The notes under the pieces: generated by a model
Seen by the model: only the letters and a program-made list of their open reading frames with translations
The model's database searches: none
What the model was told of the DNA's origin: nothing
In this document: piece by piece, positions 1 through 12,729 of the stretch
Position numbering within the stretch: the stretch's first letter is position 1
Layout: each line of letters begins with the position of its first letter
NCBI GenBank assembly: GCA_012295275.1
Contig: CM022667.1
Coordinates: 14,818,001 to 14,882,000, forward strand
DNA: 64,000 bases
From: Chrysomallon squamiferum
Taxonomy: Eukaryota; Animalia; Mollusca
Direction of reading: 5' to 3'
Program-made: the position numbers and the translations under genes

Positions 1-405
1 GTTTAATATAGAAACAAATAATATTAAATATAAACATTTATTTAAGATATTTGTATATGGGTGTGTGAATAGGAAAATGATAGTAATGATGATGATAATT
101 ATTGGCAATTATTTACACAAGAATAAACTCAAAGACAGAACAACATTTTACTCATTACGCAGAAAATAAATAGATAAACAAGTCTACGAATTTTATTTAT
201 AGACTGCAGAAAAACCTCAGTATCGCTTCTTTGTATATAACAGTCTATGTCGGCGTATGACGGTTTACCAGTCTGAAAACTAGAAAAGAAACTGAAAGTG
301 TAATTTACAAGTAATTATACTTCCTGAACCAGAACCATTATACATTCATTTTTACCTGTACACCACAGCACTTGTATAATTAGGTATGTGACAAAAGGTA
401 TCTAT

Positions 406-520
406 AATATATCTGCGACGGACACGCCCGCTGACCTGTCAGAAAGCGTGCCCGTCGCAGACGTGCTTCACAACAGCTTGATCTGATTAGCACGTTAATT
501 TGTTTCCTATTCCTATTCCT
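406..520 (+). mobile_element. Short insertion resembling the 3' end of a SINE or truncated non-LTR retroelement
   Basis: Flanked by an 11-bp direct repeat AAGGTATCTAT (395-405 and 521-531). It contains a GC-rich stem-loop (TCTGCGACGGACACGC...GCGTGCCCGTCGCAGA, 412-461) and ends in a TTCCTA tandem tail. Family not identified. Confidence 0.5.
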
Positions 521-1227
521 AAGGTATCTATGCGACGAAGCGGAAGGTCGCCCGATTTATGTGACACGTTTTTACTTTCCTTGAATCATTCGCTTTTCCG
601 ATGCATCATTTTTACATATTTTAGGTTTGTGCAGATAATCGCCATTAGCGGCTGCCGTTTCTTCCTAATTAGCTGATCCACTGTAAATGTATTTTGCATG
701 AAGGGGGGGTGGGCACCGTTTGTTCGCTTTTCATTGACTCGTCTTATGTTCTTTCCTTGGGATTTCTGCATAAAAACACAGACGGGATATTGATAAGTGC
801 TCACGATTTCGAATATTTTGATTCCGTTGAGTTTTGCTGTGCCTACGCTGGTTTTTAGAAAGTTACGAATTTTCAACACGCTTAAATTACTAAAACCGTT
901 TACGTGAGACGAATGGAAAGTAGCTGGACATAATAATTAATTTTTTTTTTTTTTCTTATTGCCTTTAAAATTTTATCATAATGTTTGGACGCATTTAATT
1001 GTTATGATTGCCTCGTGAAATATGGCCTGTGTGTCATTTCGGTGTTCGATCGCCATCTTGAAACTTTTATTGCACGTGCTTAGCGAAATCGCCGTTAATT
1101 TACGTTTTCTGCAGACCGAAATCGCGTTGATTTTATTTACAATCGCCGTAAATTGTATCCTATTTAGTCAAGTCGCCGTAGATTTTATGTGCAACTACAA
1201 ATAACTGGTGCTATTTGAAATGATTAT

Positions 1228-2188
1228 ATTTCTATAATCTATGTTGATTATATTTTTAATAGCTTGTAGGATGCATGTTTTATTAAATGTTGTGACTTTT
1301 ACTAAATATAATATGAATTCGTTCTGAAATAAACGAATTAATATTGTTTTGCCGATTACTAGCATTTGATGTTAACTATAATCCTCTGCAATACATAAAC
1401 TCAGAAAGGTGTTGCCGGTCTTAATTAGGAACAATACAATGTATATGTAATCATGACATTAAAGACAGGTATGGTAAGTGTCATTTGAAGCAGACAAAAT
1501 AATTTTCTTGGCTTTGTGTTTGTACTTCCTGTGATTTGACAGCAAATAAAAGATACCTATCAGTGTATCATGTGACCATTGCACATGTTTTCTCTGATGA
1601 AGCTAATCAACACTTGAAGCAAAAATAGCCTAAGTTTTAAAACTGAACACTTTATGATTTATCAGTTTATGGTTTTACGATAAAAAAGAATCATAACATT
1701 CTATCAATACCTCTGGTACATAGATTCATTTCTATATTTCTATGTTGTTTATATCTTTAATCACTTGTATAATGCATGTTTTATTATATGTTATGACTTT
1801 TACTGAATATAATTATAATATGAATACTTTCCGAAATAAACAAATTAATGTTTAACTATAATCCTCTGCAATACATAAACTCATATAATCCTTGGAGTCT
1901 ACTCCAGAAAGGTGTTGCCGGTCTTAATTAGGAACAATACAATGTGTATGTAATTATGACATTAAAGACAGGTATGATAAGTGTCATTTGAAGCAGACAA
2001 AAGAATTTTCTTGGCTTTGTGTTTGTACTTCCTGTGATTTGACAGCAAACAAAAGATACCTATCAGTGTATCACGTGACCATTGTTAATGTTTTCTCTGA
2101 TGGAGCAAATCAGCACTTGATGCAAAAATAGCCTAAGTTATACGTTTCGTATTTAATATTCTACGAATACCTGTGGTACTTAGATTCA
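1228..2188. repeat. Imperfect tandem duplication, two ~460-500 bp copies (1228-1727, 1728-2188)
   Basis: Long near-identical blocks occur twice in the same order, e.g. AATCCTCTGCAATACATAAACTC, CAGAAAGGTGTTGCCGGTCTTAATTAGGAACAATACAATG and TTTTCTTGGCTTTGTGTTTGTACTTCCTGTGATTTGACAGC, with small indels. Confidence 0.9.
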
Positions 2189-3668
2189 CAGAATACATTC
2201 ACTGTACTGTTTTGTAGTACAGTTTGTTATGTTTATGATTTTTAATTCGCCATTTATCGCAAGAATTTTTAAAGCAAAACACGAAGTTAGTTTATTTCTG
2301 ATCGTATTCATATTATAATGTATATACTTTAGAAATCCGAACACAAGAGAAAACTGTGCATCCCAAAAGTTATTAAAAATATGAACATAGTTTCTATCAT
2401 TTTAAATAGCAACAGTTCTTTTATATGTTTGTTACTTTTTTCTTTCTTTCTTCTTCTTTTTTTTTTTTTTTTTTTTTTAAATTTGTTTTAAGGCAAGCAA
2501 TATACATTTGTGGACATAACTTTTGTTATAAACTTATACGCCATTGGTACTGATAGCGACGACATGCACGTTGTTATAAATATCGAACTTTGACCTTCCT
2601 GGGTGCTAAAAATAGCCGGTGTTAAGCGAAGGCGACACCGCTTTAGCTTTAGGGGTGTTCACAAAGTTCGTTTATCCCCACCACGTTTAACACTCTCATA
2701 CAAACTACTGATTTAACACATAACAAAAACAACATCACCATTTAAAAGAGCGCATATTAATCTGTATTTGAGTATATTTGCTTTTCATGTTATATTTTAC
2801 AGAAGGGATTTGGGAGTGGCGGGAAATGGCCAAAATCTGCACTTTTAATAGCTTTTTCTAATTATGTTTTTAGGCTGCTGGTACTTTATAATTAATAACT
2901 TATTTTTAATTTTTACAAACATAATCGATAGCAGAGATTGGCATTGGTCTTCATTGAAAATTTCATCAAGAAAGCTTGATTATTAACAAAGATAGAGGGG
3001 AAAATTAAAATATAGCTATTTTCGGTCACAAACCTCTAATGACTTAAATTGTGTTTAACTGGACGAAAATAGGGGTTTAAAATTGCTCCTACTTCCTTAA
3101 TTTTCAACATATTCACTTGATTTTGGTATCATTTTAAAGAGGTTTACAAACTCTACCCAACTGTCTTATTTATTTTCAGATTAGTGGGGTTTGAAAAATG
3201 TGTCCACATACCTACATATTTGCAAGACCAAACATCGTAACATAGTTTCTCGACATATGATCAGTGATAAACAACGGAGAATCAACAGATATGTTTACCG
3301 TTTCAAAATGGTCGTCGTGTAACTAATATAAACTCATTGGCGTGATTGGGGACTTTTTATACGTTACAAATTATGCCTTTGTCTCATACATAGTCTACTA
3401 AATTTCATACCAATATTTGGGTAGAAGGCACTTAATTTGGGGTAACTAACTGTGGGTTGTTCTCAATAAATGACGCGGCCATAGCGATTGTCTAACAAGT
3501 TCGATGTTTCGTTTATTTTGTTTCATTTAGTAATTATGTGGACGAATTCAGTTTTAGATAATTTTTTTTTTTCTGATAAAGATGTTGACCTCTAAGACTG
3601 TTCTTAGTAAGTTATGACATATAAAATTATAATAAAGTCGTAAAGCAAATTAAGGCTAATTAATAGTA

Positions 3669-3979
3669 CAGGTACCAGACCAATTATCCAAACTCCTTTC
3701 GGCCTGAGGCATTCCGGATTTCTGGATGTACCGGTTTTCTAGTACCAAGGCATCTAAATACGTAAATAATTAGGCATAAACATTTTAAAATTAAAAACAT
3801 AAAGGAAGTTGACGATACACAACTGTGGCGAGTGAATGAATGCCACGTGGCTCGACAGAGTAGTTCCAGTCTGGTAGGACATCACCTGAGCAAGAACTAT
3901 GAAAACAGCGTCAGGAAAAAACTTCCGTTTTTCTGGTCTTTCCGGATTTCATGACGCCGGATAATTGGTCCGGTTCCCG
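3669..3979. mobile_element. MITE, Tc1/mariner-pogo-like
   Basis: Terminal inverted repeats CAGGTACCAGACCAATTATCC / GGATAATTGGTCCGGTTCCCG (3 mismatches in 21 bp), flanked by TA on both sides (3667-3668, 3980-3981). No coding capacity. Confidence 0.75.
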
Positions 3980-5016
3980 TATTAATTCATTGATAAAAAG
4001 AAATTAATGTTAGACAAATATTTGGAAATATAAAGGTCTGTACACCTTGCCATTTTTTAAAAATTATTTTGATTGTATACTGGATTAATTTCTATGGAGT
4101 TTTTGAGAATGAAATAATTAAGGCATAAATAACATTTGAGCTGATTAGTGTAATTAATTAATGAATTAAAATTTATGAATTTTAGCAACATGCTTAAAAA
4201 TACTGAACAGCTTTAGAACTCATCAAAAGCTTCATTTTGATGTGTAGTACATGCATACTGGTTTGAAACTATATGAGATATCAGTGTTTATTTTGCCAAA
4301 TGACTGAAATCAATCAGTTTCTCCATATATACTAGTTACTTTTATTCGGATAAAAATTTGTAATGTTTTTTTATATCATTGTTAGCAAAAATATCATTTT
4401 AATCTGCTGTTTTTGTGTGTATGTATTTTTCTTCTAATTTTGTTTTGTTTTGTCTTTTTTTGTTTTTTGTTCTGGCTCTTTCTAATAAAATGCATTTTTA
4501 TATGAAATCCGTATTTTAAAAAAAAAAAAACATTCTCATATATAGTATGGTTGTTGAAAACAGGTAAGCAGATTGACTGAATTTTACATCTCTGACATAA
4601 ATATAGCAAGAAACTCATGTTCTCTGTTAGTAGGTATCTGTTACGATAATTCATAACATGGGTGCCATTTTTATTATGATATATTTTAACACATTTATTT
4701 CCATCATTTGTAAAATTATTATTGAGAATGCATAAAAAAATAAATGGGTAGTCTTATATTTAAGTGTATGGATTTTAATGTAGACACACACACACACACA
4801 CACAAAACTGATTTTTCTTGTACAAGATGCTGATTCAACTTCAGTGATATAAAATTATTGACTGCTTTGTCATCAACAGTTTAAATTTATTTATTTTTTG
4901 AAATGTTGTCTTATTTTGTTGTCATATATTATGTTATTGTTACTTTTATTTATTTATTTATTTTTTTTTTATTTTTTTATTTTTTTTTTTTTTTTTTTTT
5001 GTCAGATGAAGTACTG

Positions 5017-5460
5017 ATGGCCCTCTCAAAAGTAAGAGTTGAAATTGACAAAGATGTTGTCAGCTGTCCAATTTGTTTTAGTATCTTTGAGGAGCCTCGA
5101 ATTCTGTCATGTCTTCACACCTTCTGTTCAAGCTGCCTGCAAAAATATATTGATGAACAAATAGATGCTTATGAAAAGAAAGGATTTAATTGTCCGATCT
5201 GTAGACAGTTTGTGTCTATACCAAACCCAACAGGTGGATGGGCTCCTCAGATGAAACTGGATTTCAGAACAGCTGCTCTATCTCAAAGTGTCAAAATTAT
5301 TGAAGGTAAATTGATTAAAAACTATAATGATCATAACAATAATAATATATATACATTTATGCATGCACACACACACACATGTATATATTACTTATTGTTA
5401 TTACTGTAATAATACTGATAATAATAATAGTAACATATATACTTTCACATAAATGAACAC

Positions 5461-5512
<52 letters not shown>

Positions 5513-5539
5513 ATTACTAAAATGATAATGATTATGATT

Positions 5540-5609
<70 letters not shown>

Positions 5610-6140
5610 ATTACAGTAGGAAGGTCCTCCAGAAGTTGTGAAATTGTTGTTAACACAGAGACAATCTTTGAAAGTTCTGAAAATGACTGAAGCATATAGA
5701 CAAAAATTACTATGTTTTATGTAAATATTTTTCATTTAAACATTTTGTTTTTTTACAAAGAAATATCATCCTCATCATCATCAGTGTTATCATTATCATT
5801 AGTATTATATAATTATTATAATATAAATATGATTGTATTGTTATGGTGAACTTGCAGATGAAAGCAAAACAGAAGCAACATTTAAATACACCATACAAAA
5901 CATAAGCAGACTCAAAGGAATTGTACTGAGTCCTCCGTGCATGATTAGGAACCTGCCATGGTAGAGTGATTAATTTTAAATTATTTTTCATTTTATCTTC
6001 TGCTAATGAATAGCTGGGCACTTCAGTTTGAGTAAACAACAGTTTTAAAATTACTTCTTTGTTTACTGCAGTGATTAAACATCAACAGTTATAATATATA
6101 TGTCTGGCTGTCTTTCCCTGTCTGTCAGTTTAAATGTCTG

Positions 6141-6188
<48 letters not shown>

Positions 6189-6665
6189 ATATACCTGTGT
6201 GGTAAAAAAAAAATTGCACCAATGTGAAATATCAAATACATTTTCTCACTGACACACACAGGTAGCCAAAACATTATTATTATTATTATTGTTATTATTA
6301 TTATTTTTAATTTGTTGCCACATCTAAATATATTTTTGTTTTCTGTAGGAAAATAATGGCTATGCCAATTGTAAAAAATGAGAAATATTTGGGGGTTTTT
6401 ATGAAGTGCAATGCAGAATCATCATCCATGTGAGTTTATGTTTATACATAGATCAGATACTAACTTTCTTTCCTTAACCAAATAAAAAACTCTTGAAAAC
6501 AATAAACAACAACAAATAATACTACTAATAAAATAAAATAAAATAAAATAAAATAAAAAGAGCTACAGTGAACAAAACACTCAGCAGAAACAAAAAAAAG
6601 TAATAGTACTAATGATATTAAAAAATATAAAATATATCTAATTATTTGTGTGTGTATATATATAC

Positions 6666-6709
<44 letters not shown>

Positions 6710-7775
6710 ATGCATATTTTAGTTGATGTCCTTGTAACTGTTGGAACAAAACACATCGCAGAGAATTTTAACAACCCAATCTCATAAAACATATTTATAA
6801 ACTTGCTAAAAATTTATATTTTTAAATTTTAGAACATGGTCCTGCAGAGCCAAAGTAGTTTTCAAAGTTTTATCTAATGATAATGGAACAGATTATGCAC
6901 GTGGTATGTAAGAGCATTTCATAAATTTTATTGCTTTTAAATTATTAATAATATAAACATCTGTTTTTATATGTGGCTGTGTATGGATGGATGCATGCAT
7001 GTGTGTGTGAATTTATGTTTATTTATTACTTAAATTATTTATTTATTTATTTATTTTGTATTTTCAAGAAGTGGAACATACATTTTGCAAACGTGGAAAT
7101 GACTGGGGTTTCACAGACTTTATGTCATGGGATGTAGGTATATTATTGATCACATTTGCTTACCATATTTGTTTCAGTGTGCATTTATTGTCCAAATACT
7201 ACAGTTTTAAATCCAATGAGTGTTTAAGAAACCGAATCATACAGCTTAATAAACAGAAAAGTTTGGAATGGATTACATATATTAATTAACAGCAACAGTA
7301 TGAGATTTTTTACCATTGTCATTTGAAATGGTTTCCAAATTTTTAATGCTTGTAAATGCCCCATACTGGTGTTACTACTGCAGTATTGTTTCAGTTAACC
7401 TGCCTTTTGCTTTCAATTTGTACTTTTACACTGACACTTGATAAAAGTTGCAGTACTTCTATTTTGGCTCCATAACTGTGTCATTTTTATTGTTACAATC
7501 ATTGTGCTAGTAGTAGTAGTAAATATATTGAAGTATTGTTACTATAGTTTATAATAATAACAAGAACAGTGCCATTAGTACCAAAGATATTATTATTTTT
7601 ATTTGTATTATGAAATTTATTTCTTCACATTTCTTATTATTTTATTTTATTAATTATATGTTTTTATATACATTTTTATGCTTTGTCTTTATAGGAGATG
7701 CTTGAGGAATATGTTAAAAATGATCAAGTCACTCTACAAGTTCATGTGACTGCTGAGGAACCTGAAGGTGTTTGA
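5017..7775 (+). CDS. RING-HC (TRIM-like) + USP7-type MATH domain protein, putative E3 ubiquitin ligase, 229 aa
   Basis: Coding exons 5017-5305, 5858-5960, 6349-6429, 6833-6903, 7069-7133 and 7695-7775. All introns are GT-AG with compatible phases (1,2,2,1,0), giving 690 nt ending in TGA. Exon 1 has CPICF...SCLHTFCSSC...CPICR (C3HC4). Exons 2-6 give [41 protein letters not shown]...CNAESSSITWSCRAK...EHTFCKRGNDWGFTDFMSWD...DQVTLQVHVTAEEPEGV*, collinear with the USP7 N-terminal MATH domain. An acceptor at 5004-5005 implies an upstream exon, which was not located. Confidence 0.9.
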
Positions 7776-7801
7776 CAAAATTAAAAAAACCTGGAAATAA
7801 T

Positions 7802-7840
<39 letters not shown>

Positions 7841-8478
7841 GTGATGCAAAAATGTAGATTTTATTACCTTGATATCCTCTTCTTTATTCTCAGTAATCTA
7901 TCAAGTATATGACACTACTGACTGTGAAAAACAGATTGTCTGAAATTTCTATGACTATACAAATAGCAGTTCTGAAACACTGAATGTTTCACCTGAGGCT
8001 AAAATGAATTATGTTCGGGGAGAATGAAACATGCAGAGTGAAGATGTTAATTATTTCAGTTATATGTTTTTCTATACTTAAAGAAGGCAAAAAAAGAAAT
8101 TCCTACTTTCTAAGGCTGTTATTCAGTATCTATTATTGTCTTCCATTATATCTTTTTAGTATATTCAAAAATATGAGTTAAATAAACATATAATAAATGG
8201 ATTGATTAATAATTTGTCTTTTAATGCTTATAGTAGGATGAATAGAATATAAATTATTCAAATTAAAAGAAAATTCTGTCGCGGACGATTGGAATTATAT
8301 AGCAAAGAGATGAATGAAAAAGTTTAAGAAATACTGACATAGGTATAGACATTTCAAAACTTGCTGACACTTTTTTTTTATTATATTAATTATAACAGCA
8401 CAAACTTTAGTATATTGTAGAGATTAAGATGTGTTCAAAGTTTGTAATAAATGTTCAGCTCAAGCTAACAAAAAAAAT

Positions 8479-8545
<67 letters not shown>

Positions 8546-9006
8546 GTAAATAAATAAGTAAATGGCCTTAATTTTAATTACATCGTTAAAATCTTTTTCC
8601 ACACACACACACACACACAAAGAAAGGAAAAAAAGAAGAATTATATTTATATATATATATTTGATGAAATAGAATTTATTTTATTTTAATTAATAAACAA
8701 CCTATTTTACTTATCTCGCCTAAAGGACACCATTTTTGATTTTTTTACCATGATGTTGCAAACACAAAATGGATTCTAAAGATAGTATATATATACATGA
8801 GATAAAAATAAACATTTAACAATTTCTTAAAGTAAAGACAAGTTAAAACATTAGTTGGAACTGACATAATAAACAGGAACATTCAGTCGATTTTATACAT
8901 AGTGCAAATGACATCGAGAAAGATAGGTTCATAGATGTTCGTATGACGGCTTATGCCAACACAGAATGCTTACTGTTAAGTCATACAATGTGTAGACGAT
9001 GATGAT

Positions 9007-9039
<33 letters not shown>

Positions 9040-9512
9040 TATCATAATCATAATAAATAAATAATAAGGAAAAAGTATATAATAGAATACAATACAATAT
9101 AATAAATGATTTAAATTTTCTTTGTTATTCTACTCTTTTTCAAATAAAAAAAAAAAAATATATATATATCTGACCACATACCCCAAAAATATCAAAATTA
9201 TGGATTATTGTTGGTTATTCTGATCTGAGCAGAAAGAAAAAATCAATAAAACTATTAAGAAGGAAATTAAAACGAAGCAGAATAACAACAGATTCAATAA
9301 CAAAAAAACACTAACAATAATACGCAAATCTGGAGTGAATCATGGACATAGCTCTAGATATTGTTATTTACAGCTGGTCACTGTCTTCTTTACAACAAAC
9401 AGTAAAATTAAATTAAATTAAATTTTAAACGGCGTCAGTTACGTCACTGATGACGTTCCTATTTACAAATCCAATTCTCAGCCATTGCCACCATCACCAT
9501 ACTAATAATAAA

Positions 9513-9713
9513 CAGTAGCAGATCTATATTTTTAGGGACCCTTCGCAAGGAGCAACAACACCTGGCTAACCACTGTTATCTTCTTCTAAGGCAATGTTCC
9601 ATGGCAGGTTTTAAAAATTTAGCTACATCTCCGATTGTGACTGAAATCATTTCTGGAAACCCCCCTGGGTTGGGGGCTCTGAAGCTCAAGCTTCATTAAT
9701 AGATCCACCCCTG
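9513..9713. mobile_element. hAT-like MITE
   Basis: Imperfect TIRs CAGTAGCAGATCTAT / ATAGATCCACCCCTG with an 8-bp flanking duplication ATAATAAA (9505-9512) / GTAATAAA (9714-9721), a 7/8 match. Confidence 0.55.
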
Positions 9714-9881
9714 GTAATAAATAACAGTTTTCATTCTTTAAACTTTATTTTGAATCATATAATCAGCGTGAATTATAAAAAGGGCATTTTCTGCACTGGT
9801 TAACGTATTTATACCCGCGTTTCAATAGTGCTTTTTCTTGAAGTGTGTGTGTGTGTGTATGTGTGTGTGTGTGTGTGTGCT

Positions 9882-9932
<51 letters not shown>

Positions 9933-10056
9933 GAATAAGATCAAAAAATCAATTTTCTGTTTATTTTTGACAAACCAACAAGTAAGTTTCGAACATCAAG
10001 AAATACTGACGAAGAATAAGAACATCATTATTCAAAATAAATGCTTGGTTCCATAA

Positions 10057-10305
10057 TTAGGTGCATTCCTTAGCCTCGGGAAATACATTTAAAACCGATT
10101 TGTACAAATCTTTCTTAAATGTCTTTAATAACTTTCTATCAAAAGTTTGTGATCCAAGCACTTCGATTACTAAAAGTTTTGCTTCTTCGAGTAATCTCCC
10201 TGGCTCCGAGATGCGATCCACCATCCCAGCATTCAATGCTTCAGTTGCCGTGAACCGCTTCCCAAACAACACAGCTTGTGCCTGATGATTGACTGGTGTT
10301 TTGTG

Positions 10306-10372
<67 letters not shown>

Positions 10373-12383
10373 TGTTTATAAAGATTTACCAATAAAATAT
10401 TTACAAACATTTTATTTATTTATTTATAAATTTATAACAAATTCATTCAAATTTAACAAAAATTAAAATTAAAATTAAAAGAAACAAAAAAACTTAAATT
10501 ACTTAATTTTAAAAATGTTTAAAATACACACGTTATTATCTCTAGCAACACTTCTGGAAACCGAATGGCGACAAATATTTCGCTGAAGGATAGCCAGCCT
10601 CGATCTGATCTCATAACCCGAAGATCGTGAGCCAGTGACATTAAGGCACCCCCCGCAAACGCGTGCCCTGAAATCCATCAAGTTATCTCAGTTTTATTTT
10701 GTGTCAATTAACTAAATATTAAATGTTATAAACTATTATTTTTGTTGTTGTTCTTGTAATACATACCTTTATTGTACGTATAAATAGCGGAAATACTTAT
10801 TTTCCTTGCTTTATAGATAAAGTTTTATTTATTGTAGGAGACAATAATAAGAAAAACAAGTAGAATGGAAAAAAACAAAAAAAAAAAAATGGAAGAAAGA
10901 AAGTACATCAACAAGATCATGAAGAAAAACAACAACATCAAAATCAAAAAAAAAACAAAACAAAAAAAACAACAACAAAACACTAAAAATGAAAGAAAAA
11001 AGGAAAAAAAGCAGAAAGAACAATAATAATAACAACTAACGTATAAGAAATTATTATGGAAGAAATTGTAATAAATACAAATATATGACTTAAAATAGAA
11101 ATGGTGCTTTACAACTAAAAGTTATATGAAACATTTGACTGTTTATTATATACTGACCATTTATTGCACACACTGTCACCATAGGAAAAACCAACACCCG
11201 TACCAGCAGTTTGCTGAGGTGTTTCAAATATTGCCTTAGGCCCTCGGCATCAAGAGTTGCGACGTAATTTTGATCCAGTCCGTTGCTGTAAAATTTTCCT
11301 TCTCCAATTGTGATTAGACCGCAGCACTTAGTATTGCTGAACAGAAATATCAAATTAATTTTTATTTTAATTGTACAAATTTGAAATTACGCTACTGGAA
11401 CACGAGGGTCTTGGCTGTAATTATAAATCTAAGCATGAATGAAAAATCATTAATTAATGTTTAGTGATAATTAATTAATTAATTAAGAACATATTTTATC
11501 ACAGTTACAAAATAGTTATCTATTTAGCCCTCCTGACGTACAGAACGAACCGATTCGTTGGAAAGTTACTCTTAAAGTAAAAATTAACTAACTAACTAAT
11601 TAACTAAATTAATAAATAAATAAATAAGTAAATAGAACAAGAAAAAAGCTATATGTCTACGATACGGTCACAATTACAGGTTTTAATGGCTGATACTGCG
11701 ACATTAAATATGTTTTGGAATAATATTATTATTTTATGTTTATATAAGGTTTTCATGACTGATGGTACATCATTCAAAATAATAATTTGGAAATACAAAA
11801 AAAAAAATAATAATAATAATAATAACAACATTTTATTAGACCACTTATTCCTACATCTACAGATACGTTTTAAATATATTATAAATATTTTATTCATGTA
11901 TGTATGTATGTATTTAATTATTTATAATGGGAAAAATCATCAACATTTTCAAAACTGTGGAATGAGACTTGACAAAGTTATAGTTATCTCCCTTAATGTG
12001 ATTTTTATCGGTATTCAAATTTCGTTACAATGAAAATGAATATTCTTCAGGAAAACAAAACAAACCAAAACAAAAATAGTAAATTAAAATGAAACCAACC
12101 ATGTGTATTTAAAAAGATGTCAAGCTACCTACCTCTCAACTTCTGTAAGTAATTTTCCAATATCATCTATGCAGCGAGGACTCAGTCTGTTATCTTCATT
12201 TTCCATCGTCAATATTGCAATTTCTTTGCCTTTGTATTTATCAAAAATTAGATTAAGCCCTGGTGTTGTTATTGAAGATGCACACCGAAACGATGGGAGA
12301 AAGTATGCCAGCTTTGGAAAAACTGATATCCTCTTAGTTAAATTGAAACATTTTATCGTAAGTTGGGGTACAGATAGAGCCAT
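10057..12383 (-). CDS. Crotonase-superfamily enoyl-CoA delta isomerase/hydratase-like protein, 271 aa
   Basis: Exons 12383-12133, 11336-11158, 10667-10532 and 10306-10057, GT-AG introns, phases 2,1,2, 816 nt ending in TAA. Motifs GEGKFYSNGLD, FPMVTVCAINGHAFAGGALMSLAHDLRVMRSDRGWLSFSE and GKRFTATEALNAGMVD. The basic, acid-free N-terminus resembles a mitochondrial presequence. Confidence 0.9.
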
Positions 12384-12630
12384 GTCTTTCGGATTAGATC
12401 GGCTATTTCCGGCAAGGTAACCAATAACGATCGAATCCAATTAGACTGAGTTTGTCGGTTATTTCTTAAATACACTGGTCGTTTTTAGAGTTCGCTAACT
12501 AAAGAATTTTCAGCATTTTATTAATTTATAATACCAATAGATTTATTCATATTAAACAATGACATGCATTTAATTTTAGTAATATTATATGTAGCATTTG
12601 TATGTTTCTCTATAACATTAATGATACTAT

Positions 12631-12631
12631 C

Positions 12632-12729
<98 letters not shown>

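Noticed and set aside
200-280. Possible small - strand exon (TGKPSYADIDCYIQRSDTE) after a TTTTCAG acceptor
   Set aside because: Weak donor, no recognisable homology and no partner exons in the window.
2700-3220. Sequence with the texture of a non-autonomous DNA transposon
   Set aside because: I could not define TIRs or a TSD by eye.
5617-5725. Exon-like segment inside intron 1 of the RING-MATH gene
   Set aside because: It is preceded by (GA)n instead of a pyrimidine tract and hits a stop in the phase-compatible frame. Skipping it gives a clean ORF.
5017-7775. Calling the gene TRIM37, a TRAF or USP7
   Set aside because: There is no B-box, coiled coil, TRAF zinc finger or USP catalytic domain; only the MATH is USP7-like.
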